Below are positions 10,834 to 20,192 of a stretch of 30,862 nt of DNA, piece by piece; positions within the stretch are counted from its first letter, which is position 1, and each line of letters starts with the position of its first letter. Under the pieces are notes generated by a model. The model did no database searches. It saw only the letters and a list, made by a program, of their open reading frames with translations, and was not told where the DNA came from. The stretch comes from Chthoniobacteraceae bacterium (GTDB lineage Bacteria; Verrucomicrobiota; Verrucomicrobiia; Chthoniobacterales; Chthoniobacteraceae), in NCBI GenBank assembly GCA_031409335.1, contig JANNWY010000168.1, positions 1 through 30,862 of the forward strand, in the 5' to 3' direction. The position numbers and the translations under genes were made by a program.

Positions 10834-13427
10834 TGCGGCGGTTGATTGCAGCAATGGCACTCGTCGCATCGGGTGCCGGGCAGGTTTCCCTGCTCGCGCA
10901 GGAGGATGTGTTGAAGCCTTTCACTGCGGAAGATCCCAAGCCGGTCCGCCGCGCCACGGCGGTCGAGAAACCGGTCGCCTTACCAGTGCCGAAAGCCACG
11001 CCCGCTCCGATCCCGGGAATCCCCGCCGCCGAAAAGCCGCCCGTCGAGAAGGCCGCGCCTGCGAAGCCAGTAGCCAAACCGTTTAAGGTCACGCCACTTA
11101 GCGTGCCCGACATTCCCGATCCCACGGGAGAAATCCGGCTCGCGCCATCCGGCACGACGATGTCCGCGGATCAAGTCCAGATGAGCATCGCGGATGGCTA
11201 TTACGCGAAGCAGATGTTCGAGATGGCGGCACCGGAGTACGAGAAATTCCTCGGCATGTATCCGACGGCGCCCGAGCGACCGGTCGCGCTTTTCCGCCTC
11301 GCGGAATCCTATCGACGCAATGGCACGGTGAACGCCGCGAAGAACACCTACGAGACGCTGCTCAATCAATTTGCGAACGGCGAATTCATCGGCCCCGCCG
11401 CGTATCGGCTGGCGGATCTTTATTACCAAGAGCGCAACTACACTTCGGCGCTGCCAATGTTTCGCAAAGCCTCCGTGCGCCTGCGCGATCCGAAGCTCGC
11501 GAACATGGCGAAATTTTACACCGGCCGCACCCTCGAAGGGCTCGGCCAGAAGCTCGATGCGCGGATGGTCTATGAAGACCTCGCCGCATCGCCGTCCGAG
11601 AATCCCTTCATCGACGCCAGCCGGCTCTCCCTCGCGGTGCTGCTGAGGGATGCGGGCCGGACCGCGGAGGCGCTCAAGCAGGTGCAGGCGCTCGCGCAGA
11701 CGACGGAGAACCCAGACTTGAAAGCGGAAGCGACGGTCCGATCCGGCCTCTGGCTGCTGGAACTGAGCCAGCCGCAAAAGGCGCAGGAGGATCTGGCGCG
11801 GGCGCTCGAGATGCCCAACATCGGAAAGTGGAAGGACGTGGCGCAGATCGGATTGGTGCAGTTGAAATACAACGACGGAAAGTATCAGGAGATCGTCGAT
11901 GAATTCGGCGGTGGTGCGAAGGAGATCAGCGCGGATTCGCGCCCGCAATTCCTCGTGCTCGTCGGCAATTCATTTCGCCAGCTCGGGAAAATTCCCGAGG
12001 CGCTAAAGCTCTACGATCAGCTCATCAAAGAGGCGCCAGGCACGAACTTCGGGAAGGACGCCGCGTATGAACGTCTCGTGTGTCTTTACCAAATGGATGG
12101 GGAAAATCTGCTGAAGGAAATCGAGCAATTCCTGTCGAACAACCCCGAGAAAAGCGCGAAGCGCGATCAGGTCCTCCTGATGAAGGCGGAGCAGCTTTTC
12201 AAAAAGCAGGACTATGCCGCTGCGGCGCCGGTGTATGAAGCGGTCTCGCGCTCGCGTGAACTCGCGGGCGACTACCGGTCCAAGGCGCTCTACAAATTCG
12301 CGTGGTGCAGCCTGCAAAAGGGCGCGAACGACAAGGCGATTGCCGGATTCACCTCGCTCATCGAGGGGTATCCGACGACGGATTCGATCGCCTCCGCGCT
12401 CTTCCACCGGGGCATCGCGCGGTTGCGCACCAAGGACACGGACGGAGCGGTGAAGGATCTGAACATTCTCATCGCGAAGCATCCCAAGGCGAAAGAGCGC
12501 GAGCCCGCGCTCGAACAGCGGGCGATCCTCCAAGGGCAGCAAAACGACAACAACGGAATGGCGGAAACGTACAAGCAATTGCTCAAGGAATATCCCAACA
12601 CCACCGCGGCGGCGGACGCGAACTATTGGATCGGCTGGGTCGCTTTCGAGAATAAAAACTACAAGGATGCGCCCGGTCCGCTCGGTGCCGCGCGCGATGC
12701 GGACAAGGAGAAATATCTCGAGCGCGCCAGCCTGCGGATTCTTCTCGCGCACTACTATTTGGAAAACTGGGATGCTGTCGGCAGTGAGATCGATCTTTAT
12801 CTTTCGGCAGGCGGCAAGGGGCAGGTGCCGGAGCAGGTGTTGCGCGGCGTCGGGATGCACTACTACGAACTCGGCGACCGCGCCGATGACGCAGGCGAGC
12901 GGTCCGGGAATTTTGTGAAATCGGCGAAGTTTCTCGGGCTGATGAGCAAACGCGATGAGGCAAAGCCGGATGACTTCTTGAATCTGGGACGCAGCGAACT
13001 GAACCTCGCAAAATTCAAGGAAGCGGTGGGTGCGCTGGGCAGTTATTTGAAGAGCGTGAAGGAGCCGTCGCCGCGCTGTGTCGGATCGATCGCGCTCGCC
13101 CAATCATTGGTCGGCCTCGGCGATTTCGACGGCGCGCAAAAGGCCGCCGACGAAGCGCTCACGCTGCAATCCGAAGGCCGCCTGAATGCCGAAGCGCGGA
13201 TCGTGACGGGCGACATTCAGAAAGCGCGCGGAAGTTTCGACCAAGCGGCGAAGATTTTCGAAAGTGTCACCGTGATCATCGACGACGAGGAAATCACGCC
13301 GCAGGCGCTCGAAAAAGCCATCGAGGCTTACCAGAAAGCGGGCAAAGACGCGGAGGCCAAACGCCTCCTGAATACGCTGCAAAGCCGCTACCCGGAATAC
13401 ATGCAGCGGAAAAAAAACAAGCCGTAG
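10830..13427 (+). CDS. Large secreted TPR-repeat protein (CpoB/BamD-like repeats)
   Basis: ATGA overlap with exbD; signal peptide; Pro-rich linker; many TPR-like units (ALFRLAESY, AAYRLADLYY, ANYWIGW; recurrent YP turns). Confidence 0.88.
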   Translation: MMRRLIAAMALVASGAGQVSLLAQEDVLKPFTAEDPKPVRRATAVEKPVALPVPKATPAPIPGIPAAEKPPVEKAAPAKPVAKPFKVTPLSVPDIPDPTGEIRLAPSGTTMSADQVQMSIADGYYAKQMFEMAAPEYEKFLGMYPTAPERPVALFRLAESYRRNGTVNAAKNTYETLLNQFANGEFIGPAAYRLADLYYQERNYTSALPMFRKASVRLRDPKLANMAKFYTGRTLEGLGQKLDARMVYEDLAASPSENPFIDASRLSLAVLLRDAGRTAEALKQVQALAQTTENPDLKAEATVRSGLWLLELSQPQKAQEDLARALEMPNIGKWKDVAQIGLVQLKYNDGKYQEIVDEFGGGAKEISADSRPQFLVLVGNSFRQLGKIPEALKLYDQLIKEAPGTNFGKDAAYERLVCLYQMDGENLLKEIEQFLSNNPEKSAKRDQVLLMKAEQLFKKQDYAAAAPVYEAVSRSRELAGDYRSKALYKFAWCSLQKGANDKAIAGFTSLIEGYPTTDSIASALFHRGIARLRTKDTDGAVKDLNILIAKHPKAKEREPALEQRAILQGQQNDNNGMAETYKQLLKEYPNTTAAADANYWIGWVAFENKNYKDAPGPLGAARDADKEKYLERASLRILLAHYYLENWDAVGSEIDLYLSAGGKGQVPEQVLRGVGMHYYELGDRADDAGERSGNFVKSAKFLGLMSKRDEAKPDDFLNLGRSELNLAKFKEAVGALGSYLKSVKEPSPRCVGSIALAQSLVGLGDFDGAQKAADEALTLQSEGRLNAEARIVTGDIQKARGSFDQAAKIFESVTVIIDDEEITPQALEKAIEAYQKAGKDAEAKRLLNTLQSRYPEYMQRKKNKP

Positions 13428-13437
13428 CCGCGGACGG

Positions 13438-15765
13438 GTGGCGGCTCTTTCATCGGCGATGAAGCTCCCCGAACTGCGACCCCGGCAGCCACTTTCCGGC
13501 GTGGCGCTTTCCGCGGTGGTTGGGATTTGGTTTGCGGATCAGTTTGCGATGCCAGTCGCGTATGCGCTCGGAGCGGCAGCGATCGCGTGCTTCATGGCGA
13601 TCGCAAGGCCGCGCACGTGGAATTGCTGGCTGCTGGCGGCGCTTTCTTTCGCGGCGCTTCACGCGCTGCGCCATCGGCACAGCGACGCACGGCGGCTGGC
13701 CGCGGAATTTGCGGACGGCAGCCGCGTTGTCCGCGCGACGGGAATCGTGTGGTCGCAGCCGGACAAGCCCGCGTTCTGGTCGCAAAACGTCACCGCGCTT
13801 TTCCGCCTCAAAATCGAAGTGATCGAAATCGGCGGACGAACGATGCAACCGGACGCCATCGTGAACGTGAGCTGGGCGGCAGCAATGCCTGCGTACGGCG
13901 ACCGTGTGGAATTCACCGCGTCCGGGCGCAACCTCGACCCACTGAGAAATCCAGGAGCGCTCGATTTCACCGCGTACCTGAACCGGCAAAATATTTTCTC
14001 AGAACTCGCCGCCCGTTACGCAACCGATTGCCGCATCGTCGAACACGGTCACGGCGAGCGCGCGCAAGTCTTCGCGATTTCCGCGCAGCGCTGGATCCGC
14101 GCGCGTCTCGATCTCGACCTCGCCGATTCACCCGAAGTCTCGGCGCTCATCGCGAGCATGGTGCTCGGCATGCGTGCTGAGACGCCCGCCGATGTGAAGG
14201 AAATGTTTCAGCGCACCGGGACGCTGCATCTGTTTGCAGTCAGCGGGCTCAATGTGGCGATGCTCGCGACGATCGCGTGGTTCCTCCTCAAGCCACTGCG
14301 CATCGGGAGAAAAGCCTCGGTGATCCTCATCATCCCGATCCTCTGCGGCTACGCACTCGTCACCGGCCTCAGCGCGAGCTGCGTGCGCGCGACGATCATG
14401 GGATCGCTCATTCTGGTCGCGATTTTGGTCGAACGACCCGCGGTGGTTTACAACAGCCTCGCCGCTGCCGCGCTTGGCATTCTCGCGTGGGATACAAATC
14501 AGTTTTTCACGCCCGGCTTTCAGTTTTCATTCCTGCTCGTGTTCACCATCGTGTGGCTCGCGCGCCGCATCCAGCACCGCTTCGAGCCGCTCGGCCAGCC
14601 GGATGTTTTTCTGCCAAAAACGCTGTGGAATTGGCGGGAAAAAGTGTTCGCCAATTTTTGGACGCTATTTTCCGCCGCCCTCGGCGTCACGCTTTCGGCA
14701 TGGCTCGGTTCGCTGCTTTTCACTGCCGGCTATTTCCATCTGTTTTCCCCGGCGGCGATCTTCGCAAACCTGCTCGCGGTGCCACTGGCTTTCCTGGTGC
14801 TGGCATTGGGCGTGGCGACGCTGCTGGTCTCACCGGTGTGGACCACCGGCGGGGCGTGGTTCAGCAACGCAAACTGGCTCAGTGCGAAAGCGCTGCTGTG
14901 GGTCGTGCGAACTTTTGCACTGGTGCCCGGCGGGCATGTGTACGTCGAGCTTCCCGGCCGCCGCGCCGCGCCCGCGTGTGAATTCACGGTGTTCGATTTG
15001 CATGAAGGCGGCGCGACGCATCTCCGGGCAAAAGGGTGCGACTGGTTGCTCGATTGCGGACATTCCTCACGGTATCCGCGCACGATCCTTCCTTATCTCC
15101 GCTCGCGCGGCGTCAATCGACTCGACGGCCTCGTGTTGACCCACGGCGACGCGCAACACGTCGGCGCGGCTTCCGAAGTGCTCAGTGATTTTGCGCCGCG
15201 CGTCATCGTCGATTCGCCGCTCAAAGACCTGTCCAGTTCGCGCCGGTCGTTGTTATCAGAGCTGGCTGCGCAGCAGCTTGGGAAAAGGATTTCGCGTCGT
15301 GACGATGTTTTGCATCTCGCGCCCGACGTGAGTCTTCACGTGCTCTTTCCACCACCCGGCCTCAGCCGCAAAACCGCGGATGACAAGGCACTCGTCGTCC
15401 GTCTCGAATGCGCGGGCCGTCGCGTGCTCTTCATGTCCGACAGCGGCTTCGCGACCGAGCAGTGGCTCGTGCAAAACGAGCCCGATCTGCGCGCCGATGT
15501 CCTCGTGAAAGGCCAGCACGCCAGGGATTTTTCCGGCACTGCCGAATTCATCTCGCGCGTGCAACCCGCTGCCATCATTTGCACCGCTCCCGACTTTGGC
15601 GTCCCACCCGGAACACTCGACCCATGGTCGCAACGCATGATCGCGCAAGGCATCGCAGTGTTTCGCCAGGACGAATGCGGCGCGGCGATCGCGGAGATTC
15701 GCGACCGTGAAATCACGATCCGCGGCTTCATCAATGGTCAGACTTTCAAAAGCCGCGCGCGGTAA
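13438..15765 (+). CDS. comEC: ComEC/Rec2 DNA-uptake channel (OB fold, competence domain, metallo-beta-lactamase domain)
   Basis: RNPGALDF, GTLHLFAVSGLNV, VRATIM, GFQFSF, LLDCG, VLTHGDAQH; start 13438 (GTG) or 13459. Confidence 0.93.
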   Translation: MAALSSAMKLPELRPRQPLSGVALSAVVGIWFADQFAMPVAYALGAAAIACFMAIARPRTWNCWLLAALSFAALHALRHRHSDARRLAAEFADGSRVVRATGIVWSQPDKPAFWSQNVTALFRLKIEVIEIGGRTMQPDAIVNVSWAAAMPAYGDRVEFTASGRNLDPLRNPGALDFTAYLNRQNIFSELAARYATDCRIVEHGHGERAQVFAISAQRWIRARLDLDLADSPEVSALIASMVLGMRAETPADVKEMFQRTGTLHLFAVSGLNVAMLATIAWFLLKPLRIGRKASVILIIPILCGYALVTGLSASCVRATIMGSLILVAILVERPAVVYNSLAAAALGILAWDTNQFFTPGFQFSFLLVFTIVWLARRIQHRFEPLGQPDVFLPKTLWNWREKVFANFWTLFSAALGVTLSAWLGSLLFTAGYFHLFSPAAIFANLLAVPLAFLVLALGVATLLVSPVWTTGGAWFSNANWLSAKALLWVVRTFALVPGGHVYVELPGRRAAPACEFTVFDLHEGGATHLRAKGCDWLLDCGHSSRYPRTILPYLRSRGVNRLDGLVLTHGDAQHVGAASEVLSDFAPRVIVDSPLKDLSSSRRSLLSELAAQQLGKRISRRDDVLHLAPDVSLHVLFPPPGLSRKTADDKALVVRLECAGRRVLFMSDSGFATEQWLVQNEPDLRADVLVKGQHARDFSGTAEFISRVQPAAIICTAPDFGVPPGTLDPWSQRMIAQGIAVFRQDECGAAIAEIRDREITIRGFINGQTFKSRAR

Positions 15766-16388
15766 ATCGGCAGCCCCTGCGCGGTGAATCGTCGCTCGAA
15801 ATCCGTGATCGGGTAATCCGGCTCCTCGACCCAATCGACAAGCTGCCAGCCTTTCGCGCGCGCGAAGACGATTTCCATCCAGCGGAAATACGGCTCGTCG
15901 TCCGTCTTCACCCGCAGTTCGCCACCATCCGCGAGCGTGCCGTGCAGGGCTTCCATAAAGCCGTCCTGAATCAAGCGGCGACGCTGATGATAGCGCTTCG
16001 GCCACGGATCGGGAAAGCCGACGTGCGCAACGGAGACGGTGCCGAGTGGGAGCAGATAGCGCAGCGCGTAAGCCGTCTCGATGCGGACGATGCGCGCGTT
16101 TTCCAAGCCGTCGCGGGCGATGGCGCGGCAGACTTTTCGCACGCGCCCGAGAAGCCGCTCGACGCCGAGAAAATTGCGCTCGGGATGTCGCTTTGCCATC
16201 GCGCGAATGAACGCGCCTTCGCCGCTCCCGAGGTCGATTTCAAACGGGCCCGGCTTTGGAAAAATATCCGTGAGAAGCTGCCGCGCGAAATAATCGGCGG
16301 GGGCGAATTCGATCGCGCGGCCTTTGTCCACGAGTTCCGGGCTGTCGGTCGTGAGGATGTCTTCTTCCGCGTCTTCGTGTTCGCTCAT
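15738..16388 (-). CDS. trmB: tRNA (guanine-N7)-methyltransferase
   Basis: EIDLGSGEG, NFLGVE, FPDPWPKRYHQRRRLI, KTDDEPY, TDFERRF; start at MSEHED; 28-bp convergent overlap with comEC. Confidence 0.95.
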   Translation of the reverse strand: MSEHEDAEEDILTTDSPELVDKGRAIEFAPADYFARQLLTDIFPKPGPFEIDLGSGEGAFIRAMAKRHPERNFLGVERLLGRVRKVCRAIARDGLENARIVRIETAYALRYLLPLGTVSVAHVGFPDPWPKRYHQRRRLIQDGFMEALHGTLADGGELRVKTDDEPYFRWMEIVFARAKGWQLVDWVEEPDYPITDFERRFTAQGLPIYRARLLKV

Positions 16389-16505
16389 GGCAGGCGTGGA
16401 TGTTCGCGAACACCCCTGCTGCCGCAAGGGCAAAGGCCGCAACGAGATTGATCGCTTCCTTTCCAGCATCCGTCCGTGCATCCTCCGCACACAAACCTCC
16501 ATCTT

Positions 16506-17474
16506 ATGAGCATCTTCGCCGGTATGATCTTCGGTTTCATCGTTTGGTTCCTGGTGCGTTATCTCGTCGCCGGGCTTTTCACGGTGAATCAAAATGAACG
16601 CGCGGTGAAGACGAGCTTTGGTCGCGCCGAACGGCTGGGTACGGCCACCACACTCGAAGACCCAATCGCCGAATGCCTGTCGCCTGATGACCGCACTCGG
16701 TACTCCTATCCGCAGGTGCGCGTGATTCCGCCAGGCGGTCCGTATTTCAAATGGCCGTGGGAAAAAGTATGGAAGGTGCCCGTCGCGACCCAGACCGTCA
16801 GCATGGCTTTCGATCCCGAGAGCCCGGATGCGAATCAGGGTGGGACGCAACTGATGGCGGTGACGAAGGATCAACTCGATACCGGGCTCACTGGGCAGAT
16901 TCGCTACCGCGTGTCGGAGCGAAATCTCTACGCTTACCTCTTCGGGGTGAAACGTCCGATCGTGCATGTGATGGGATATTTCATCAGCGTGTTGCGCGAG
17001 CGGATCGCAAATTTTGAAGCGCCGAAAAACGAAGCGGATATCGCAAGCGCCATTGCCGGTGTCTCGATCAACGATCTGCGCAAGAATCTTTCCGCGATCA
17101 ACGAACACATGGACACCGAGTGCCGCACCGCCGAAGCCCGCTACGGCATCGTGCTCGACGCTTCTCTGATCACGGGCATCGACCCACCAGCCGAGGTGGA
17201 AAGCGCGCTCGCCGCGATCAACACCGCGCACAATTCCGTTTCGAGCGACATCTCGCTCGCCCAGGCACACGCGGATCAAAAAATCGTGCAGTCAAGACGG
17301 GCCGTGGAAATCGAAACGCTCAACGCGCACGCCGAAGTGGAACCGCTGAAGGCACTCGCGACGACTCTGTCCACACTGAAAGCAAGCGGGGCCGCGGCTC
17401 TCGAGAGTTACCGGCGCAATGTGCGCCTCAGACTTTTCAGCCAGGCCTCACAGGTCGTTTTGGAGGACAAATAA
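16506..17474 (+). CDS. SPFH/band-7 domain membrane protein (1)
   Basis: N-terminal TM, FTVNQNERAVKTSFG, PGGPYFKWPW, VTKDQL, YGIVL...ITGIDPP.EV..A; coiled-coil tail. Confidence 0.85.
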   Translation: MSIFAGMIFGFIVWFLVRYLVAGLFTVNQNERAVKTSFGRAERLGTATTLEDPIAECLSPDDRTRYSYPQVRVIPPGGPYFKWPWEKVWKVPVATQTVSMAFDPESPDANQGGTQLMAVTKDQLDTGLTGQIRYRVSERNLYAYLFGVKRPIVHVMGYFISVLRERIANFEAPKNEADIASAIAGVSINDLRKNLSAINEHMDTECRTAEARYGIVLDASLITGIDPPAEVESALAAINTAHNSVSSDISLAQAHADQKIVQSRRAVEIETLNAHAEVEPLKALATTLSTLKASGAAALESYRRNVRLRLFSQASQVVLEDK

Positions 17475-18395
17475 ATGAACTTTTTCATCGCATTCGGCAT
17501 CACGTTCTTCGGGCTCTTTGTTCTGGTTCCCATCCTGTTCGCTTTCGCCCGGTTGTTCGGCGTGTACGCCATCGTCGAGGAGGGAACCACGCACGTTTAC
17601 GTCCTGTTCGGCAAGGTGCGCGCGGTGCTCGACTCGCCGGGAATCTACTTCCTGTGGACGCAACTCGGCATCGCCGGCCCGATCATCAACATCCTCGGAA
17701 AACGCTACGTGCTCGATCTGCGGCTCGATCAAGCCTACCTGCGGAGCCAGGCGGTCAACAGCGAGGAAGGCGCGCCGATGGGCATCGGGATTTGGTATGA
17801 AATGTTTCTCATCGATCCAGTCGCCTACCTTTTCAAAAACACCGATCCGCGCGGCTCGCTTGGCGCGAATGTGAGCAGTGCAACCGTCCGTTGCCTCAGC
17901 AATATGAAGCTCGGAGAGATGCTGGAGAACCGGCACGTCATGTCGCAAACCGTCCGCTCGGAAGTATCGCCAAAATCGCGCGAATGGGGCTACCAACTCG
18001 GCAGCGTTTACATTCGGAAAGTTCACTTCCGCGACGCGGGCATGATCCGGCAAATCGAGGAAAAAGTGGTGAACCGGCTGCGGCAGGTGACGAGTGCGAT
18101 CAAGCAGGATGGCGCAAATCAGGTGAGCATCATCACCAGCACCGCCGAGCGCGAGGCGGCGATCGAATTCGCCAAAGCCGCCGCGATGCGCCCGCGCATC
18201 GTCGGCGAAGCGCTGATGCAAATCTCCGCGGACCCGGAAGTGTTCGGAGCGATGTTCGACATCCTGGAGACGCAAAAGATCGTGGAGGGAAAAGCCCGCA
18301 TCACCATCATCCCGCCGAAGAACGAACTGATCCCGCAGCTCCTATCCGCGGAACACGATCACCCCGCGCCGCCGCCGATCCTTCCCCGGCAGTAA
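17475..18395 (+). CDS. SPFH/band-7 domain membrane protein (2)
   Basis: N-terminal TM, LFGKV..VLDSPGIYF, EWGYQLGSVYIRKV; directly abuts the previous stop (TAAATG). Confidence 0.85.
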   Translation: MNFFIAFGITFFGLFVLVPILFAFARLFGVYAIVEEGTTHVYVLFGKVRAVLDSPGIYFLWTQLGIAGPIINILGKRYVLDLRLDQAYLRSQAVNSEEGAPMGIGIWYEMFLIDPVAYLFKNTDPRGSLGANVSSATVRCLSNMKLGEMLENRHVMSQTVRSEVSPKSREWGYQLGSVYIRKVHFRDAGMIRQIEEKVVNRLRQVTSAIKQDGANQVSIITSTAEREAAIEFAKAAAMRPRIVGEALMQISADPEVFGAMFDILETQKIVEGKARITIIPPKNELIPQLLSAEHDHPAPPPILPRQ

Positions 18396-18502
18396 GGCCA
18401 CAAAAAGGCGTAAAGGGCATCGACGCATCCTGTGAGTGGAAACCAGATAAGCCAAATCTTACTGTCAGCGCACCCGGTGATGAGCTTAGGCTGGGTATGT
18501 GT

Positions 18503-18988
18503 ATGACCTCGCGGGATCTGACATCATCGGAACTGTCGAATGCAATCGAGACAGGTCGGCTTGATCCCAATTTCATCGACCAAGACGCCACCTCGCCATT
18601 GATTGCCTCAATGCACATGGAATCACCAGAACTTGTCGCAAGTATTCTGGCAGCAGGAGCAGACCCAAACTTGAAGATGCCTGATGGCGATTATCCATTG
18701 CAGGTGGCATACCGCTACGCGCTACATCACGACGTAGGGTATCGCTATCTTGATGCGCTTCTGGCGCACGGCGCGAACCTAAATCGACAGTTCTTCCCAC
18801 CGCTCCACGGGGCGTGTCATGCCGGCGATCTGCGCTTGGTTCGTTACCTCATTGAGCATGGCGCGGACACCGCCTTCTACGACGGCGACGAGAATTTGCC
18901 GGTAGATTGGGCGAGACGATCGACTGCTGCCGAAGCTATGTTTGTGCTCTTAGATACTTTTAGCACAGGCGGCAAAGCATGTGTTTAG
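18503..18988 (+). CDS. Ankyrin-repeat protein
   Basis: SPLIAS...ILAAGADPN, YPLQVA...LLAHGANLN, PPLHGAC..GDLRLVRYLIEHGAD; start 18497 or 18503. Confidence 0.85.
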   Translation: MTSRDLTSSELSNAIETGRLDPNFIDQDATSPLIASMHMESPELVASILAAGADPNLKMPDGDYPLQVAYRYALHHDVGYRYLDALLAHGANLNRQFFPPLHGACHAGDLRLVRYLIEHGADTAFYDGDENLPVDWARRSTAAEAMFVLLDTFSTGGKACV

Positions 18989-19080
18989 ACGATGCCTTCG
19001 GCTCATTCAGCAGCTTGCCCGCTGTTGTCTATCACCCAGTACATGTGCGCATTCTTAGCGCCCTATCGCAGTCATTCGAC

Positions 19081-19120
19081 AAAAAACAAAGATCCGTTTA
19101 GCAATCCTGAACGGTTCTTC
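19081..19120. terminator. Imperfect, possibly bidirectional terminator between the ankyrin gene and rplK
   Basis: ccgtttag-caatc-ctgaacgg stem; on the minus strand followed by TTTGTTTTTT. Confidence 0.5.
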
Positions 19121-19146
19121 GTGAAAAATTGTATTTGCTAGGGCAC

Positions 19147-19572
19147 CTACACTTCGACTTCCACACCCATCTGGCGCGCAGTGCCGGCGATGATTCTCAT
19201 GGCGGATGCTTCGTCGCGGGCGTTGAGGTCTTTCATCTTTCTGCCGACGATTTCAGCGAGTTGCTTCTTCGTAAGCTTGCCGACTTTTTGTTTGTTCGGC
19301 TCCTTCGATCCGGCGGCGATGTTCAGCGCCTTTTTGATGAGGATGCTGGCTGGCGGGGACTTGGTGATGAAAGTGAACGACTTGTCCTTATAGACGGTGA
19401 TGACGACTGGAAGGATATCGCCGGACTGCTTCTGCGTGGCGGCGTTAAACTCCTTGCAGAAAGCCATGATATTGACGCCTTGCTGACCGAGTGCGGGGCC
19501 CACGGGGGGCGCAGGATTTGCCTGACCGGCGGGGATCTGAAGTTTGATTTGTCCTGTGATTTCTTTAGCCAT
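19147..19572 (-). CDS. rplK: 50S ribosomal protein L11
   Basis: [40 protein letters not shown]. Confidence 0.99.
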   Translation of the reverse strand: MAKEITGQIKLQIPAGQANPAPPVGPALGQQGVNIMAFCKEFNAATQKQSGDILPVVITVYKDKSFTFITKSPPASILIKKALNIAAGSKEPNKQKVGKLTKKQLAEIVGRKMKDLNARDEASAMRIIAGTARQMGVEVEV

Positions 19573-19580
19573 TTTGCGGA

Positions 19581-19608
19581 GAGTTGAGTGTTGAAAGTTG
19601 AGTTTTGA
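19581..19608. repeat. Heptamer tandem repeat (nnnTTGA)x4
   Basis: gagttga gtgttga aagttga gttttga between nusG and rplK. Confidence 0.7.
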
Positions 19609-19620
19609 GAGACCGAAATT

Positions 19621-20187
19621 CTAACCGCGTTCGACCTGCCAGTATTCGAGTTCGACTGGTGTGGAGCGTCCGAAGATGCTGACGGAGACGCGTAGTTTTC
19701 CCCGCTCGGGGTCGATTTCTTCGACGACGCCGCTTTGGTTTTGGAACGGTCCGTCGGCGACCTTGACCATTTCGCCGATGCCGAAGGTAATCTTGGGTTT
19801 GACCTTGTCCTCGCGTTCGCGGACTTGGGCGAGCAGGCCTTCGACTTCGTTCGGCCGCATCGCGATGGGACGATCCTTGGTTCCGGCGAAGCCGATGACT
19901 CCCGAGGTGTCTTTGATGAAATACCACGTCTTGTCCACGAGCTGTTTGGCATCGTCGAACAGATACATGTTCACGATGAGATAGCCGGGGAAAAACTTGC
20001 GCGTTGTCTCGGTTTTTTTCCCGCGCTTGATCTCGGAAACGCGTTCCGTGGGCAGGATGACTTCGTAAACATAGTCGCCCATTTCCTCGGTCTTCACGCG
20101 CTTCACCAAGTTGTCATGCACCTTGTTCTCCTGCCCGGATAGGACATGCACGACATACCATTGACTGCGTTTCTGTTCTTCGGTCAT
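19621..20187 (-). CDS. nusG: Transcription termination/antitermination factor NusG
   Basis: WYVVHVLSGQE, FFPGY, KOW GEMVKVADGPF, VSIFGRSTPVEL; start at MTEEQK. Confidence 0.98.
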   Translation of the reverse strand: MTEEQKRSQWYVVHVLSGQENKVHDNLVKRVKTEEMGDYVYEVILPTERVSEIKRGKKTETTRKFFPGYLIVNMYLFDDAKQLVDKTWYFIKDTSGVIGFAGTKDRPIAMRPNEVEGLLAQVREREDKVKPKITFGIGEMVKVADGPFQNQSGVVEEIDPERGKLRVSVSIFGRSTPVELEYWQVERG

Positions 20188-20192
20188 GTGCG

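Noticed and set aside
16389..17279. Apparent 297-aa N-terminal extension of TrmB
   Set aside because: Antisense to the SPFH gene; TrmB similarity starts only after the Met at 16388
17891..18496. Apparent N-terminal extension of the ankyrin ORF
   Set aside because: Out-of-frame overlap with SPFH gene 2; ankyrin repeats begin after 18503
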